From an uncultured Planctomycetota bacterium (GTDB lineage Bacteria; Planctomycetota; Planctomycetia; Isosphaerales; Isosphaeraceae), in the NCBI GenBank assembly GCA_963737655.1, contig CAVTTN010000002.1, forward strand, positions 1,632,001-1,696,000: a stretch of 64,000 nt of DNA, written 5' to 3'. The position numbers and the translations under genes are program-made. The notes under the pieces are model-generated. The model searched no databases, was not told the origin of the DNA, and was given only the letters and a program-made list of their open reading frames with translations. Below, one piece after another: positions 30,577-41,573 of the stretch (position 1 is its first letter; the number at the start of each line of letters is the position of its first letter).

Positions 30577-30676
30577 GGCGAGGAATCCGGCCTATTCTCG
30601 AAGACGAGACAGAGCGACGCGAACGGATTCAACATACCGCCGCCGAGGCCCCGGTGGCCAGCCCCGGGCCCGTCGC
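30517..30676. repeat. 160-bp imperfect direct repeat, copy A (5' end and upstream region of gene 29698-30576)
   Basis: GCGGAAGGCGTGGAAGAAATACGCCTGCTCGATG...GCCCCGGGCCCGTCGC recurs at 34282-34441. Confidence 0.9.
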
Positions 30677-30699
30677 CGAAGGAGCGGAAACGGGAGGAG

Positions 30700-31097
30700 T
30701 GGAACGGGGTCGGAGCCGATTCTCAGAGACGCAAGCCAGGATTGTGCCCAAAATCGGCTCCTGACCCCGTTTCTCCTCGAACCGCGCATCACGGCGTCAA
30801 TAATTTCCTCCGTCCCCTTTTCCTGTCCGTCCCCTTTTCCGGTCCCGTGCGGACAGGAAAAGGGGACGGACAGGAAAAGGGGAGGACAGGAAAAGGGGAC
30901 GGAGGAAATTCTCGGCGTGTCGTTCCTCAAGATGCGGGAAAAGGGGACATCAGGCAAGTCCACATTCAACTTTCCAAAGCACAATTCTCTCCGTCCCCTT
31001 TTCCACGGGCGACAGAGGCGCGAGCGGTGCGTGGCATGCCGGGAGTCTACGAACCGCGCATCTCAGCGTCAATAATTTCCTCCGTCCCCTTTTCCGC
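30700..31097. repeat. Cluster of GTCCCCTTTT/AAAAGGGGAC repeats and a GGGGTC..GGAGCC..GACCCC palindrome
   Basis: Many GTCCCCTTTTCC and GGAAAAGGGGAC units; GAACCGCGCATC....CGTCAATAATTTCCTCCGTCCCCTTTTCC occurs twice. Confidence 0.8.
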
Positions 31098-31099
31098 GC

Positions 31100-31540
31100 C
31101 GAGAGGGAGCCGCCGGAGGCGGTGGCGGCCAGGGGTGCGGCGGTGCCGGCGCGGAGTCCGGCCAGGGCGTCGTCGACGGGGGCGCCGCCGAGGTAGCGCG
31201 TGAGGAGGGTGCCGGAGGCGTTGAAGTCGGCGTAGGGGTCGGCGCCGTCGAAGACGGTGTAGGTCTGGGTGGTGAGGCCGGAGGCGGAGGTGTAGACGTC
31301 GGAGCCGATCCGTCGGCCGAGGGGGTCGTAGGTGAAGGTGGAGGCGGAGACGACGGCGCCCATGGAGTTCTTGACGGTGGCCCCGACGAGTTCGCCGCGG
31401 AAGTCGTAGGCGAAGGTGGTGACGGAGCCGCCGGAGGCGGTGAGGGTGGTGAGCTCGCCGTCGAGGTCGTAGGCGTAGGTGGCGCCTGGGGCGTTGGCGA
31501 GGAGGTTTCCGGCGGAGACGGAGTATCCCGAGGAAGGTCA
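31100..31540 (-). pseudogene. Rhs/YD-repeat fragment
   Basis: YAYDLDGEL, FAYDFRGEL, FTYDPLGRRI; ~31100-31342 nearly identical to ~33940-34180. Confidence 0.85.
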
Positions 31541-31607
31541 GGATGTGCGGGGGAATCAAGTATTCCCTCCGTCCCCTTTTCCGCGCTTTCTTCTACGAGG
31601 CGAGGCC

Positions 31608-31695
31608 GACCCTTTGCTCGTTTGCTCGCTTTGCTCGCAGCCAAGCCGGGGAAAGCGAAGCCGACCCTTTGCTCGCTTTGCTCGTTTGCTCACAG
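31608..31695. repeat. Direct repeat built from TTTGCTCG units
   Basis: GACCCTTTGCTCGTTTGCTCGCTTTGCTC and GACCCTTTGCTCGCTTTGCTCGTTTGCTC. Confidence 0.7.
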
Positions 31696-31903
31696 GGCCA
31701 AGCCGAAGGGGACAGCGGGGAGCCGTGGCTGAATTGTTGAAGCTCGTCCCGTCCGAACCGATGGCCGTTCCTGGGCGCTGGCGTGGGCATCTCGGTTGCA
31801 GAATGAAGAACCCGGCATTTCCGGGCGCTGGTCGAAAAGCCAAGGTGGCCGTGGCGGGGGGTGGAGGGCGGACGGGGTGGGTGGCTGTGCCTTGCATTCT
31901 ACG

Positions 31904-32194
31904 CTACGTCCCCCAGCCGTCCTTCTCATCCTCAAAGTCGCCGAGGAGCGATCTCGCTAGCTTCTTACGGTCTCGCAAGAACTCCTCCATGATGCGAAAA
32001 AAGTAAAGGAGATCGAAGTCACCATCAACACTTGCATCACTCATGCAGAGAGTCTGGTAAGATGATCGGAGCAGACTTTGGATAATTGGATCTTCAATTT
32101 CGTTCAGAAATTCAGATGCGAGCTTGTGGTTTATGAAAGCACCCAACGTGTCATCCTCCAGGAACGAGAAGTTCGGCACCAGATAGATCGACAT
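31904..32194 (-). CDS. Putative immunity protein of the Rhs toxin
   Basis: Small, acidic, low-GC ORF overlapping the toxin stop; start (MSIYLVPNF) uncertain. Confidence 0.55.
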   Translation of the reverse strand: MSIYLVPNFSFLEDDTLGAFINHKLASEFLNEIEDPIIQSLLRSSYQTLCMSDASVDGDFDLLYFFRIMEEFLRDRKKLARSLLGDFEDEKDGWGT

Positions 32195-34180
32195 CGAAAA
32201 TCTTACCTCCGCCTCCTCCGATAGGTTTGATTTTTGACGGGTCGAACTCCATTCGTAGAACAGATCCATCTGGCCGTACCACTACGACATTCTTGAGGCC
32301 GGGTCTCTGCCCAGAGCCAATGAAGAGAAAGTCACCTTTCAGAGAACGTGCCTCTTGGGCAAGAAATTCGGGATTAGCCTCTTTGGCCCGCCTAATCATA
32401 TCTCGGCCGGCGTTGATCTTGTCTTGGAAACTCCCTTTTCCCATACTGTTGACGATATCTTGTCTGCTGGCAGGTTTGATAGGTCCACTGTTTGGAGCGA
32501 CGTTTCCGGGCGTGCCTGAGACGTTGTGGACGAGGGCCTGGGCCTCGCCCGCGGCGAAGGAGTGCAGCCCCTCGACGGTCAGGTTGCAGACCGGCATCCG
32601 CTCGGGACGCAGCGTGACCCGGCGTATTGTAGCGGCCCCCTGGCCCCTGAGGAAGACCGCGTCGCCCTCGCGGACCTCGTGGGAATTGACCCACCGCCCC
32701 GGGAGGGAGCCGCCCTGGTCCTCGTCCGGGCCGAGGTGCCTCGGGGTCGGGCGTCCGGTCAGGTCGTCTCCCCTGACCACCCAGAACGGATGAAAGGCGG
32801 TGGCCGTGGCCCGTCCGGCGTCGGTCTCGAGCGTGACGATGGGGCCGTCGTAGACCGAGTCGTGGCGGCGCTCGACGGCGCACAGGCCCCAGAGGCCGGC
32901 GAGGAAGTCGTAGGCCCAGACCCGGTCGCCGGCCGCGACCTCCCCGATGGGCCGCGGCCCCGCCTCGGTCGCCACCGGGGTATCGGGCGGGAAGCAGTTC
33001 GGCACATCTCTCGGGCAGAGGGTCCCCTCGGCCTCACGGGCCATCCTCCCGGACGGACTGATTTCCTCGGCCTCACGGACCATCCGTGTGAATGGATTCG
33101 CTTCCTCGATGCGTCCGGAGGTCACGGGGCCGCTCCGGCTCCCTCCGAACAACGGGATGAGCCTGCCGGTTGCTTCCATGATCGCGATGCCGCCAAGAAC
33201 CTTGGTGGCCTCGTGCTCGCCCTTGCTCCTGTGGAAGGGGAAGTCTTGGCTGTAGTCGTAATCATCTCTGTTGATCGGGGGTTCCGATACCTTGAGGAGT
33301 TCCTCGAAATCCTGGACATCTTCGGTCGTGAAAGAGGGCCTAGCCAGGGTGGTCGTGGGACTTCCAGAGCCGTTGGTGATGGTGCGAACGTTGCGTCGCA
33401 GGTAGTCGGCTTTCTGATACAATGAGTTATATTCATCTATTGCGTAATCGGTGACGCCGTTGACGGACTCGACAACGGTCTGGAAGGCGTCCAGCTTCTC
33501 TTCAGGCGTGGACCACGGGGTGGAAAGAGCGTTGGCTGCGCGGAGAAGATTGCCGGTGGCCTTCAAATAATTGTTGGCGGCTTCTTTCAAAGAATCCCGA
33601 AGCCCCGCGAAATAATTCCCGATTCCCGACAACCCCGTGGGGTCGGAGGCATCGGTGGGGGAGTTGCCGGCGAATCGGTAGGGGTTGGCGTCGGCGGCGA
33701 GTCCCAATGGGTCCTGGACGGTGAAGCGGCCGGTGGCCGGGTCGTACTCGCGGGCGTCGTCGTTATACATGGCGAGGGCCTGGTCGACGGCCATGCCCTG
33801 GAACTTGAACCGGCCGCCCGAGGCGGCGTTGCTCTCGGAGGTGATGTTGCCGAAGGGGTCGTAGGCGACGTGGTCGAGCGAGCCGCCTGCGGCCGAGACG
33901 ACGTCGCGGACCGATCCGCGGCCGTCGGCGAGATACCACGAGAGGGAGCCGCCGGAGGCGGTGGCGGCCAGGGGTGCGTCGGTGGCGGCGCGGAGTCCGG
34001 CCAGGGCGTCGTCGACGGGGGCGCCGCCGAGGTAGCGCGTCAGGAGGGTGCCGGAGGCGTTGAAGTCGGCGTAGGGGTCGGCGCCGTCGAAGACGGTGTA
34101 GGTCTGGGTGGTGAGGCCGGAGGCGGAGGTGTAGACGTCGGAGCCGATCCGTCGGCCGAGGGGGTCGTAGGTGAAGGTGG
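32151..34180 (-). CDS. Orphan Rhs module: Rhs core end, variable region, HINT (pretoxin intein-like) domain and C-terminal toxin; no N-terminus
   Basis: Frame open from STFTYDPLG; AREYDPATGRF..QDPLG, NPYRFAGNSPTDASDPTGL; HINT from CFPPDTPV (32996) to LVHN (32523); ~123-aa low-GC tail. Confidence 0.88.
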
Positions 34181-34281
34181 AAGAATCCGGAACGGGGTCA
34201 GGAGCGGATTCTCAGACTCGCGTGCAGGGAGTGTGCTCAAAACGGACCGCTTTTCCGCCCTTCTGCCCTCTTTTCCGCCCT

Positions 34282-34441
34282 GCGGAAGGCGTGGAAGAAA
34301 TACGCCTGCTCGATGGATTCCTCGCGGTCGAGCACGGGCATGGCGAGGAATCCGACCTATTCTCGAAGACGAGAGAGCGCGACGCGAGCGGATTCAGGAT
34401 ACCGCCGCCGAGGGCCCGGTAGCCAGCCCCGGGCCCGTCGC
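34282..34441. repeat. 160-bp imperfect direct repeat, copy B
   Basis: Matches 30517-30676. Confidence 0.9.
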
Positions 34442-34544
34442 GGGATGGCTCGCTCGATCGCGGAACGGTTGACCCGGTGGTCCGAGAAGTGCTAGCATGC
34501 ACGGCTTCGACAGGCCGCCCTGATGAAGGTCCGGAGAAATCCCG

Positions 34545-35504
34545 GTGATGATGACATGGGTTGGGATCGTGGCCAACGCCAACTCGGGCCGGGGCAAGGG
34601 GCGTCAGCGGGTGGATCGCCTGGTGGCGGCGCTGAAGGCCCGGGGGATCGGCTCGCGGGTGGCCTGGAACGTCGAGGAGCGGTCGGCGATGGTGGCCGAG
34701 GCCGACGGCGACGCCGGGTGCCTGTGCCTGGTCGCCGCCGGGGGAGATGGCACGGTCGCCGCCCTGGTCAATGAGCATCCCCGGACGCCGATCACGGTCC
34801 TGCCGACCGGCACGGAGAACCTCTTCGCCCGCCATTTCGGGATCAGGAGGTCGCCGGAGGACGTGGCCGAGACGATCGCCCTGGGACGGACGATCCGGCT
34901 GGACCTGGGCGTCTCCTCGGGCCGGAGGTTCACCCTGATGGCCGGGGTGGGGTTCGATGCGGAGGTCGTCGGCCGCCACCACGCGGCGAGGCTCGGCCAC
35001 GCCGGGAGGATGAGGACGACCACGCGCTCGGCCTACGTCGAGCCGGTCCTCCGCGCCAGCTTCGCCTACAAGTTCCCGTCGCTGAGGCTCCAGGTCGAGG
35101 GGCCTTCGGGCCGGGAGGAGCTGGTCGGGACCACGGCGTTCCTGTTCAACCTGCCTCGGTACGCCCTGGGGCTGCCGATCGCGCCGGACGCCCAGGGGGA
35201 TGACGGCCTCCTGGACGTGGTCGTCTTCCGGGACGCCGGGGCGCTTCGGGCCCTGCATTACCTGTGGATGGTCTTCCGCGGCCTTCACCTCCGCCGCGAG
35301 GGGGTGTTCCACCGGAGGGCCTCGCGAGTGGTCGTCACGGCGACCGAGGACGTCCCGGTCCAGCTCGACGGCGACCCCGGCGGGCTGATCCGGGCCCGGG
35401 GCGACGACTCGGACCTGTCCGGCGACTGGTCGGCCGAGGTTTTGCCCTCGGCCCTGGGTGTCATGGTGCCGGAACGCTACATGCCGGCCGTCGCAATCGC
35501 CTAA
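34545..35504 (+). CDS. Diacylglycerol/lipid kinase family protein
   Basis: NANSGRG, AAGGDGTV, LPTGTENLFAR, GVGFDAEV, DDGLLDV, QLDGD. Confidence 0.92.
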   Translation: MMMTWVGIVANANSGRGKGRQRVDRLVAALKARGIGSRVAWNVEERSAMVAEADGDAGCLCLVAAGGDGTVAALVNEHPRTPITVLPTGTENLFARHFGIRRSPEDVAETIALGRTIRLDLGVSSGRRFTLMAGVGFDAEVVGRHHAARLGHAGRMRTTTRSAYVEPVLRASFAYKFPSLRLQVEGPSGREELVGTTAFLFNLPRYALGLPIAPDAQGDDGLLDVVVFRDAGALRALHYLWMVFRGLHLRREGVFHRRASRVVVTATEDVPVQLDGDPGGLIRARGDDSDLSGDWSAEVLPSALGVMVPERYMPAVAIA

Positions 35505-35539
35505 TCCGGGGAGATTCGTCGGGTCGATCACCGTTTTCC

Positions 35540-35555
35540 TGGCGAATGATCTGCA
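35540..35555 (+). promoter_or_regulatory. Possible sigma-54 -24/-12 promoter
   Basis: TGGCGAATGATCTGCA has GG-N10-GC spacing and lies upstream of a PEP-CTERM gene, but ~320 bp from the ATG. Confidence 0.25.
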
Positions 35556-35878
35556 GATATTCGCAAATCGTGCGTGGATGGCTGGTCGGACCTCCGGGCC
35601 TTCCTATAAAATCCCCTGACGCGATCGACCTTGAAGGCCGACCGCCCGAGGAGGAACGAGGACGGTGTCGCGAGCGTCCAGCTCGCTCGGCGCCGGGCCT
35701 TTGATCTCCTCCGCGCCGACGGAGGCCCTCCGATCGGCGCGGACTCATCGGCCAGGGATGGAGAGACAATCCCCTGTTCGTGTGAGTCCATCAACCGCAT
35801 GTTCGGGCCCGCGCCGACGCCGCCCAATCCCCCTTCGGGGGGACCGTTCGCGGACCCGACGAGGAGTCACGAGGGATC

Positions 35879-36916
35879 ATGAAGCGTTCTGCGATGAGCA
35901 TGCTGGCCCTGGCCGCGATCCTGACGGCCCCGGGCCTCGCCTCGGCCGATTACAATTATGGAGACTTGACGACCTGGGACCTCGTCGTCATCGGCAAGGA
36001 CCTCTCGGCGACCCACGGCGCCGGCAATAACGGCAATTATCACGTCGGCGGCGATGTCGAGGGCCGGGCCCTGGCCGGCTCGACGGTCAACGGCAACGAC
36101 GGGCCGATCGGGATTCGCTTGCAGAATATCTCCACGTTCAATAACGCAGATACGTTCGTGGCCATCGGCGCCGTGGGCAATCCGGTGCAGGTCCAGAACG
36201 GCGGCGCGAGGGTCATGGATCAGTCGTCGGCGAACAACATCCACTTGAATGGGACCGGCTCGACGATCGTGGATTCGACGATCGCCGGTGCCGGCACCAG
36301 CAACAGCCTGTTCACCCAGTTGACCGGGGTCTCGACCAACCTGGAGGCGCTCGCGCCTCAGGGCCAGGCCGTCGGCGCCCAGAACGGCAATTACACCTTC
36401 ACGACCTCGGCGGCCAACACCCACAACGGCGTGGCCGTCTTCAACATCGACGGCAGCCTGCTCAACACGCAGAACGTCAACCTCGACCTGAGCAACGCCT
36501 CCGGCGCCACCACGATCGTGTTCAACGTCTCCGGCAAGAACGTGACGATCGGCGACAACTTCGGCGGGGGGTTCCAGAACAACTCCACCAAGATCATCTA
36601 CAACTTCTTCAACGCCGATTCGGTGACGGTCAATCGCGAGATCTACGGGGCATTCCTCGCGCCGACGGCCCTCCTGACCAACACCAGCCCGATCGACGGC
36701 CCGACGTTCGTCAACACGTTCAACCAGGGGGCCGAGATCCACCTGCCGACGCAGAGCTTCAACGGCACCCCGGGCTTCGGCCCGACGACGAAGCTCTTTC
36801 CGGGCCTGTTCCCGGTCTCGGCGGTGCCCGAGCCCGGATCGATCGCCCTCCTGACGATCGGAGGGGCCGGTGCGTTGACCGCCCTCCGCAAGAAGAAGGC
36901 GAGGGCCGGGGCCTGA
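35879..36916 (+). CDS. Choice-of-anchor A-like secreted protein with PEP-CTERM sorting signal
   Basis: Signal peptide; [27 protein letters not shown]-terminal VPEPGS + TM + RKKK. Confidence 0.88.
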   Translation: MKRSAMSMLALAAILTAPGLASADYNYGDLTTWDLVVIGKDLSATHGAGNNGNYHVGGDVEGRALAGSTVNGNDGPIGIRLQNISTFNNADTFVAIGAVGNPVQVQNGGARVMDQSSANNIHLNGTGSTIVDSTIAGAGTSNSLFTQLTGVSTNLEALAPQGQAVGAQNGNYTFTTSAANTHNGVAVFNIDGSLLNTQNVNLDLSNASGATTIVFNVSGKNVTIGDNFGGGFQNNSTKIIYNFFNADSVTVNREIYGAFLAPTALLTNTSPIDGPTFVNTFNQGAEIHLPTQSFNGTPGFGPTTKLFPGLFPVSAVPEPGSIALLTIGGAGALTALRKKKARAGA

Positions 36917-37059
36917 TCGCTCGTTCCGAGGATTCCGACGGGGGAGGCCCGCTCTCGATCTCGAAATCGAGGGTGGGCCTTCGCGTTCCCAGGGGAAGCG
37001 GTTTTCGGGTAAGATCGGCCCGGAGCCCCAAGCCCCCAGGCCGCACGGAGGCGATCGCC

Positions 37060-37884
37060 ATGCCCGTCCCGAACCCCGTCGTCGTCGGCCCGGTGAGGAT
37101 CGGCCGGGGCCAGCCCCTGGCCCTGATCGCCGGCCCGTGCGTGATGGAGCCCAACGACCTGACCCGGACGATCGCCGGCCGCCTCGTCGAGATCTGCGGC
37201 GCCCTGGGCGTTCCCTTGGTCTTCAAGGCGTCGTTCGACAAGGCCAACCGCACGTCGAAATCGAGCTATCGGGGGCCCGGGCTGGAAGGCGGGATGCGGG
37301 TCTTCGAGAGGATCAAGGCCGAGACGGGCCTGCCGGTGACGACCGACGTCCACGAGACCCACCAGGCCGCCCCGATCGCCGAGGTCGTGGATCTCCTCCA
37401 GATCCCCGCGTTCCTGGCCCGCCAGACCGACCTCCTGGAAGCGGCGTCGGCCACCGGCCGCCCCCTGAACGTCAAGAAGGGGCAATTCATGGCCCCGTGG
37501 GACATGGCCCACGTCGTCGCCAAGGTCACCGAATCGGGCCCCGGAGGGGTCCTCCTGACCGAGAGAGGGACCACCTTCGGCTACGGCCGGCTGGTCAACG
37601 ACATGAGGGCCATCCCCCAGATGCAATCCACCGGGGCCCCGGTCGTCTTCGACGCCACCCACTCGGTCCAGCTCCCCTCGGCGGGGGCCGGGGTGTCGTC
37701 CGGAGAAAGGGAGATGGTGCCGTTCCTGGCGAAGGCGGCGGTGGCGGCGGGGTGCGACGCCCTGTTCCTCGAAGTCCACCCCCGGCCCGAGGACGCGCTG
37801 TCCGACGGCCCCAACGCCCTCCGCCTGGACGACCTGGCGGCGCTGCTCGGGACGGTCCTGCGAATCCGGGAGGCGATCGGCTGA
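37060..37884 (+). CDS. kdsA: 3-deoxy-8-phosphooctulonate synthase
   Basis: [55 protein letters not shown]. Confidence 0.96.
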   Translation: MPVPNPVVVGPVRIGRGQPLALIAGPCVMEPNDLTRTIAGRLVEICGALGVPLVFKASFDKANRTSKSSYRGPGLEGGMRVFERIKAETGLPVTTDVHETHQAAPIAEVVDLLQIPAFLARQTDLLEAASATGRPLNVKKGQFMAPWDMAHVVAKVTESGPGGVLLTERGTTFGYGRLVNDMRAIPQMQSTGAPVVFDATHSVQLPSAGAGVSSGEREMVPFLAKAAVAAGCDALFLEVHPRPEDALSDGPNALRLDDLAALLGTVLRIREAIG

Positions 37885-38017
37885 AGGGGCGCCCTGGCGG
37901 ATTCGAAGGGCCGAGGCGAACCTTCGGGCCTCGGGCCGCGTACTGGAGAAATCGCGGACGTCCGCTCCGCGCGCCCACGCCCCTGACCCCCCGATCGGCC
38001 GATCCCAGGAGCCTCCC

Positions 38018-39745
38018 GTGACTCGGCGACTCCGCCCCTTCCCCGGCGTCCTGCTCGCCCCGGCCGCGGCGCTGGCCCTGATGGCCTCCGGGTGCTCGGA
38101 CTTCTCCTCGCCTCCGCCGCCGGTCGCCCCGGGGTCGTCCCCCGGTTCGATCTCGGGCGCCGTCGGCGACGGCTCCTCGGGCCTCGACCCGGAGGGGCGG
38201 AAGACGATCATCGACAACGTCTTGAAGCTGATCCGCGACGCCGCGACCAACGCCGGCGGCCACAACTTCGACATCGCCACCGAGAACCTCAACGACTACT
38301 TCGCCCCCGAATCGGCCGACCGCTTCGCCATCCCCGAGGCCACCCTCGCCTATCTGAAGACCCAGAAGCTCCCGCCCGACACGATCCAGGCCGTCGCCGA
38401 CCGCCGGTTCCAGAAGAACGACGGCCGACACATCGAGGACAACGACGTCTACCACGCCATCGCCTCCCGGGTGGCCGGCGAGAGGCTCGCGGGCGAGGCC
38501 GACGACCTGCCTCGGGTCCGCCGCCTGTTCGACTGGACCGTCCGCCACGCCATGCTGGTCCCCTCGGGCTCCCTGGTCCCCTCCGGGATGCCCCAGGCCC
38601 AGGCCCGGCCATATGACGTGTTGCTCCGCGGGATGGCCACCGAGGATCGCGGCGATTGGTCCGAACGCGGCTGGCTGTTCCTGACCCTCTGCCGGCAGAT
38701 CGGCATCGACGCCGGGATGATCGCCTACACCATCCCGATCCGACCTCACGGCCCCCTGGCGAAGTACGGGACCAGGCAGTTGACCGACCGCCTCCAGGCC
38801 CTGGCCGGCACCGGGGTCCGCGACCCCATGCCCTGGGCCTGCGGCGTCCTGATCGACGGCAAGGTCTACCTGTTCGACCCCCGGCTCGGCGTGGAAATCC
38901 CCTCCGCCGACGGCCGATCGGTGGCGACCCTCGAAGACGCGGCCACCGATCCGACCGTCCTGGCCCGGCTGGACCTGCCCGGCCGAGGCTACGAACCCAC
39001 CCGGATCGACCTGGCGAGCCGGCCGGTCCACGTCCTCCTGGAATCCAGCCTCGGCAGCCTCTCCCCCCGGATGAAGCTCCTCCAGGAGGCCCTGACCGGC
39101 AAGAACCGGATGAGCCTCTACCGCGACCCGGTCGAGCAGGCCGAGGCGTTCCGCAAGGCCCTGGGCCCTCGATGCGCCGGGGTGGACCTCTGGTCCCTGC
39201 CCCTGACCGTCGAGTACCTCCTGTTCCACGACGGCAACTTCACCGCCGCCACGCTCTACCCCCTCCAGTTCTTCGAGTCCCGATGGCCCCTGCTCTCGGC
39301 GAGGCTGACGCAGCTCCGCGGCGACCTGCCCGGCGCGATCCTCAAGTACGTCTCCTTCCGGTTCTCCGACGACACCTACGAGGCCGACGGCCGGACGAGG
39401 GTCCCGCAGAACGTCCAGCACGTCCTGGACATGTTCGCCACCTATTACCTCGCCCTCGGCCAGCTCGACAAGGGGGACCGCAAGCAGGCGGAATTCCTCT
39501 TCCGGGAGACCAGGCGGCTCCTGCCCGAGCCCGTCCGGGGCCAGCCCTTCACCATGTTCGGCTGGGGGGCCGAGACCAACCTCGGCCTGATCTGCCTCGA
39601 CGCCGGCCGGACGGCCGAGGCCATCCACTTCCTGACCATCGAACAGCCCACGGCCCAGGCCCACGGCAACCTCGTCCGGGCCCGAGAGCTGATCTGGCAA
39701 GACCCCTTCGCCACCACCCCAAGCCAGGCCCAGACCGGCCGATAA
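38018..39745 (+). CDS. Hypothetical lipoprotein, possibly transglutaminase-like plus TPR
   Basis: ASGC lipobox-like motif; LFLTLCRQIGIDA and WACGVLIDGKVYLFDP; helical C-terminus. Confidence 0.6.
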   Translation: MTRRLRPFPGVLLAPAAALALMASGCSDFSSPPPPVAPGSSPGSISGAVGDGSSGLDPEGRKTIIDNVLKLIRDAATNAGGHNFDIATENLNDYFAPESADRFAIPEATLAYLKTQKLPPDTIQAVADRRFQKNDGRHIEDNDVYHAIASRVAGERLAGEADDLPRVRRLFDWTVRHAMLVPSGSLVPSGMPQAQARPYDVLLRGMATEDRGDWSERGWLFLTLCRQIGIDAGMIAYTIPIRPHGPLAKYGTRQLTDRLQALAGTGVRDPMPWACGVLIDGKVYLFDPRLGVEIPSADGRSVATLEDAATDPTVLARLDLPGRGYEPTRIDLASRPVHVLLESSLGSLSPRMKLLQEALTGKNRMSLYRDPVEQAEAFRKALGPRCAGVDLWSLPLTVEYLLFHDGNFTAATLYPLQFFESRWPLLSARLTQLRGDLPGAILKYVSFRFSDDTYEADGRTRVPQNVQHVLDMFATYYLALGQLDKGDRKQAEFLFRETRRLLPEPVRGQPFTMFGWGAETNLGLICLDAGRTAEAIHFLTIEQPTAQAHGNLVRARELIWQDPFATTPSQAQTGR

Positions 39746-40666
39746 GCCGCCGAAATCCTCGCGGATCGGACGCGTTCAGCCCGTCGAATCGCGGTCCCTG
39801 TCGGGTCCGCTCTTGCGGACCTCTTCGATCTCGCATCATCGCGAAGAGGTCGACAAAATCCGCGATCCGACCCGCTCAACAGGAACCTCGGACCTTCGGC
39901 GGGCGGCACGGGTCGAACCCGACCCAGGGCACCCGGCGCGAGGAGTCGGAACGGACCGACCCGACCAACCCCCGACCCGGCCAGGACCGTTCGAGCCGAG
40001 GGCCTCGCCTCGCGACGAACCCCGGACACCGACCGACCCTCGGCCCATCGCCGTCCGAACCCATCCCCGGCCCTCACGTCCCACCCCCGATCCCACGAAT
40101 CAAGATCCCGACCCCCACGTCCATCCTCGCCAATCCCTCCGAACCAAACCATCGAGACCGCACCCCACCCCCGATCACCCAATCCCGCCACCACACCCGA
40201 CCAACCTCCCGAACGCCCCCTCACGCCCCACCCCAAACGGTCCACCCATTCCGACGAAAACCGGCGACGATTCCCCAAAAATTCACTCGACACAAGCCGT
40301 TCCAGCATCCAGCTTTGCCGGTCAAAACCAAACGAATTCTCGGATCGGAACTCCTGCCCTGGCAACAGTGACTGCGCGCCAGAAAACCCTGGAAAAACCG
40401 CCCTCCGGCGCAGTTTTTCGGGAAAAAGTGTCGTCAAGTTCCTCCAAATCAACGGTCATGCACCTCTAGCCTCGAGAAAAGTTGAGCAATCCAAGAAATG
40501 AGTAGAATCCAAATCAATAAATCGCAAAACATCGGCAAAATGGACGCTCGCCAGCCCGCAAACCCGACCCCACCCGCTCCTCCCCGGCGGATTTCCCGGA
40601 AGCCCCAGACCCCCCAGGATCGCAAGCCCCGGGAACCGTCGAGTGAGCCCTCAGAAATCAAAATTT

Positions 40667-40752
40667 GGGTGACATGCTCACGTCTTCGTAAGAGTGGATT
40701 CGGCCGGGTTCGAATAGAAGACATGCCTACGAAGACGTGAGCATGCCATCCG
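40667..40752. repeat. Degenerate copy of the CATGCTTACG REP-like pair
   Basis: GGGTGACATGCTCACGTCTTCGTAAG ... CATGCCTACGAAGACGTGAGCATGCCATCCG. Confidence 0.6.
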
Positions 40753-40819
40753 ACCAAAGAAAATCCTTGCAAGGCGAACTCGCCGTCGGCAAAATCAACA
40801 ACCGGCCCGAGATTATCCA

Positions 40820-40913
40820 TCCGAAACGACGTGATAAATCACGTCGTTTCGGACGCATAATCCCGCAAATTCGGGGATTCTGCGTCACTTTCGATGTCTA
40901 CTTCATGTTAGGC
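40820..40913 (+). other. Head of cassette array: perfect 16-bp palindrome and attI-like GTTAGGC site
   Basis: TCCGAAACGACGTGAT-AA-ATCACGTCGTTTCGGA (40820-40853); GTTAGGC at 40907 with no attC arm before it. Confidence 0.5.
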
Positions 40914-41104
40914 GGCTCGGCAACCGGTCGAGCCGGGGAGGGGGATGCGATGCCCGTTCGGCCGTTCGCGCCTCGTCGCCGTGCCGGTCGTCGCGTCGCC
41001 GTGCCGGTCGTCGCGTCGCCGTCGGCCGCGCCCCGCGTCGTCGCCGCCCGGGGTGGCGCGCGTGGTCGCCGCCGGCGGTCGTGCCCCGCGCGGTCGCGCC
41101 GCCT

Positions 41105-41484
41105 CTTCGTGAACTCTTTGGCTGGGAACGGCCATCGACGCGCGACACTACCCCAACCCCAGGCTTTGTGGCCGGGCAGCGGCGAGGTCCGGGTAGCAAA
41201 CCGACGGATTCAAGAGCGGCGGACGAGGCGCGGGCCGAGAGGGGAGTCGGTTACGCTTGCAGTCTCTTCGACGGGAACATCCCCGCGAGTCGGCTCGCGG
41301 GGCGTCGCCAATGACCGGATCACGACCTCTCGGGCCAGGCTAACCTACGGGCAGGGAGCACCAAGGTGGAGACGGCCGGGAGGCCCGCGCCACACTCAGG
41401 CTACGCCGCGCCGGGTCGGCGGGCAAGTCGTCCCCGACCCCCGTTCACGCCCCGTCGGGAGCGGACGAAGGCCGCAGGATGGTT
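41105..41484 (-). mobile_element. 380-bp non-autonomous IS110-related element, copy 1, in attC inverse core
   Basis: CTTCGTGAAC...GCAGGATGGTT inserted in GCCT^AAC; ~260 bp similar to the IS110 non-coding end. Confidence 0.85.
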
Positions 41485-41573
41485 AACCTCGCGCTGCAGC
41501 GGACCCCACCCGCCGCATCGGTTTCTGGTAGATTCAAGGTCGCTCGTGCGGGTGGGTCCGCTGAGCTTGGCCG

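Noticed and set aside
3873..39700. Long antisense or alternate-frame ORFs (e.g. 3873-5987, 5050-7440, 19220-21718, 37595-39700)
   Set aside because: Shadow ORFs typical of high-GC DNA, overlapping well-supported genes
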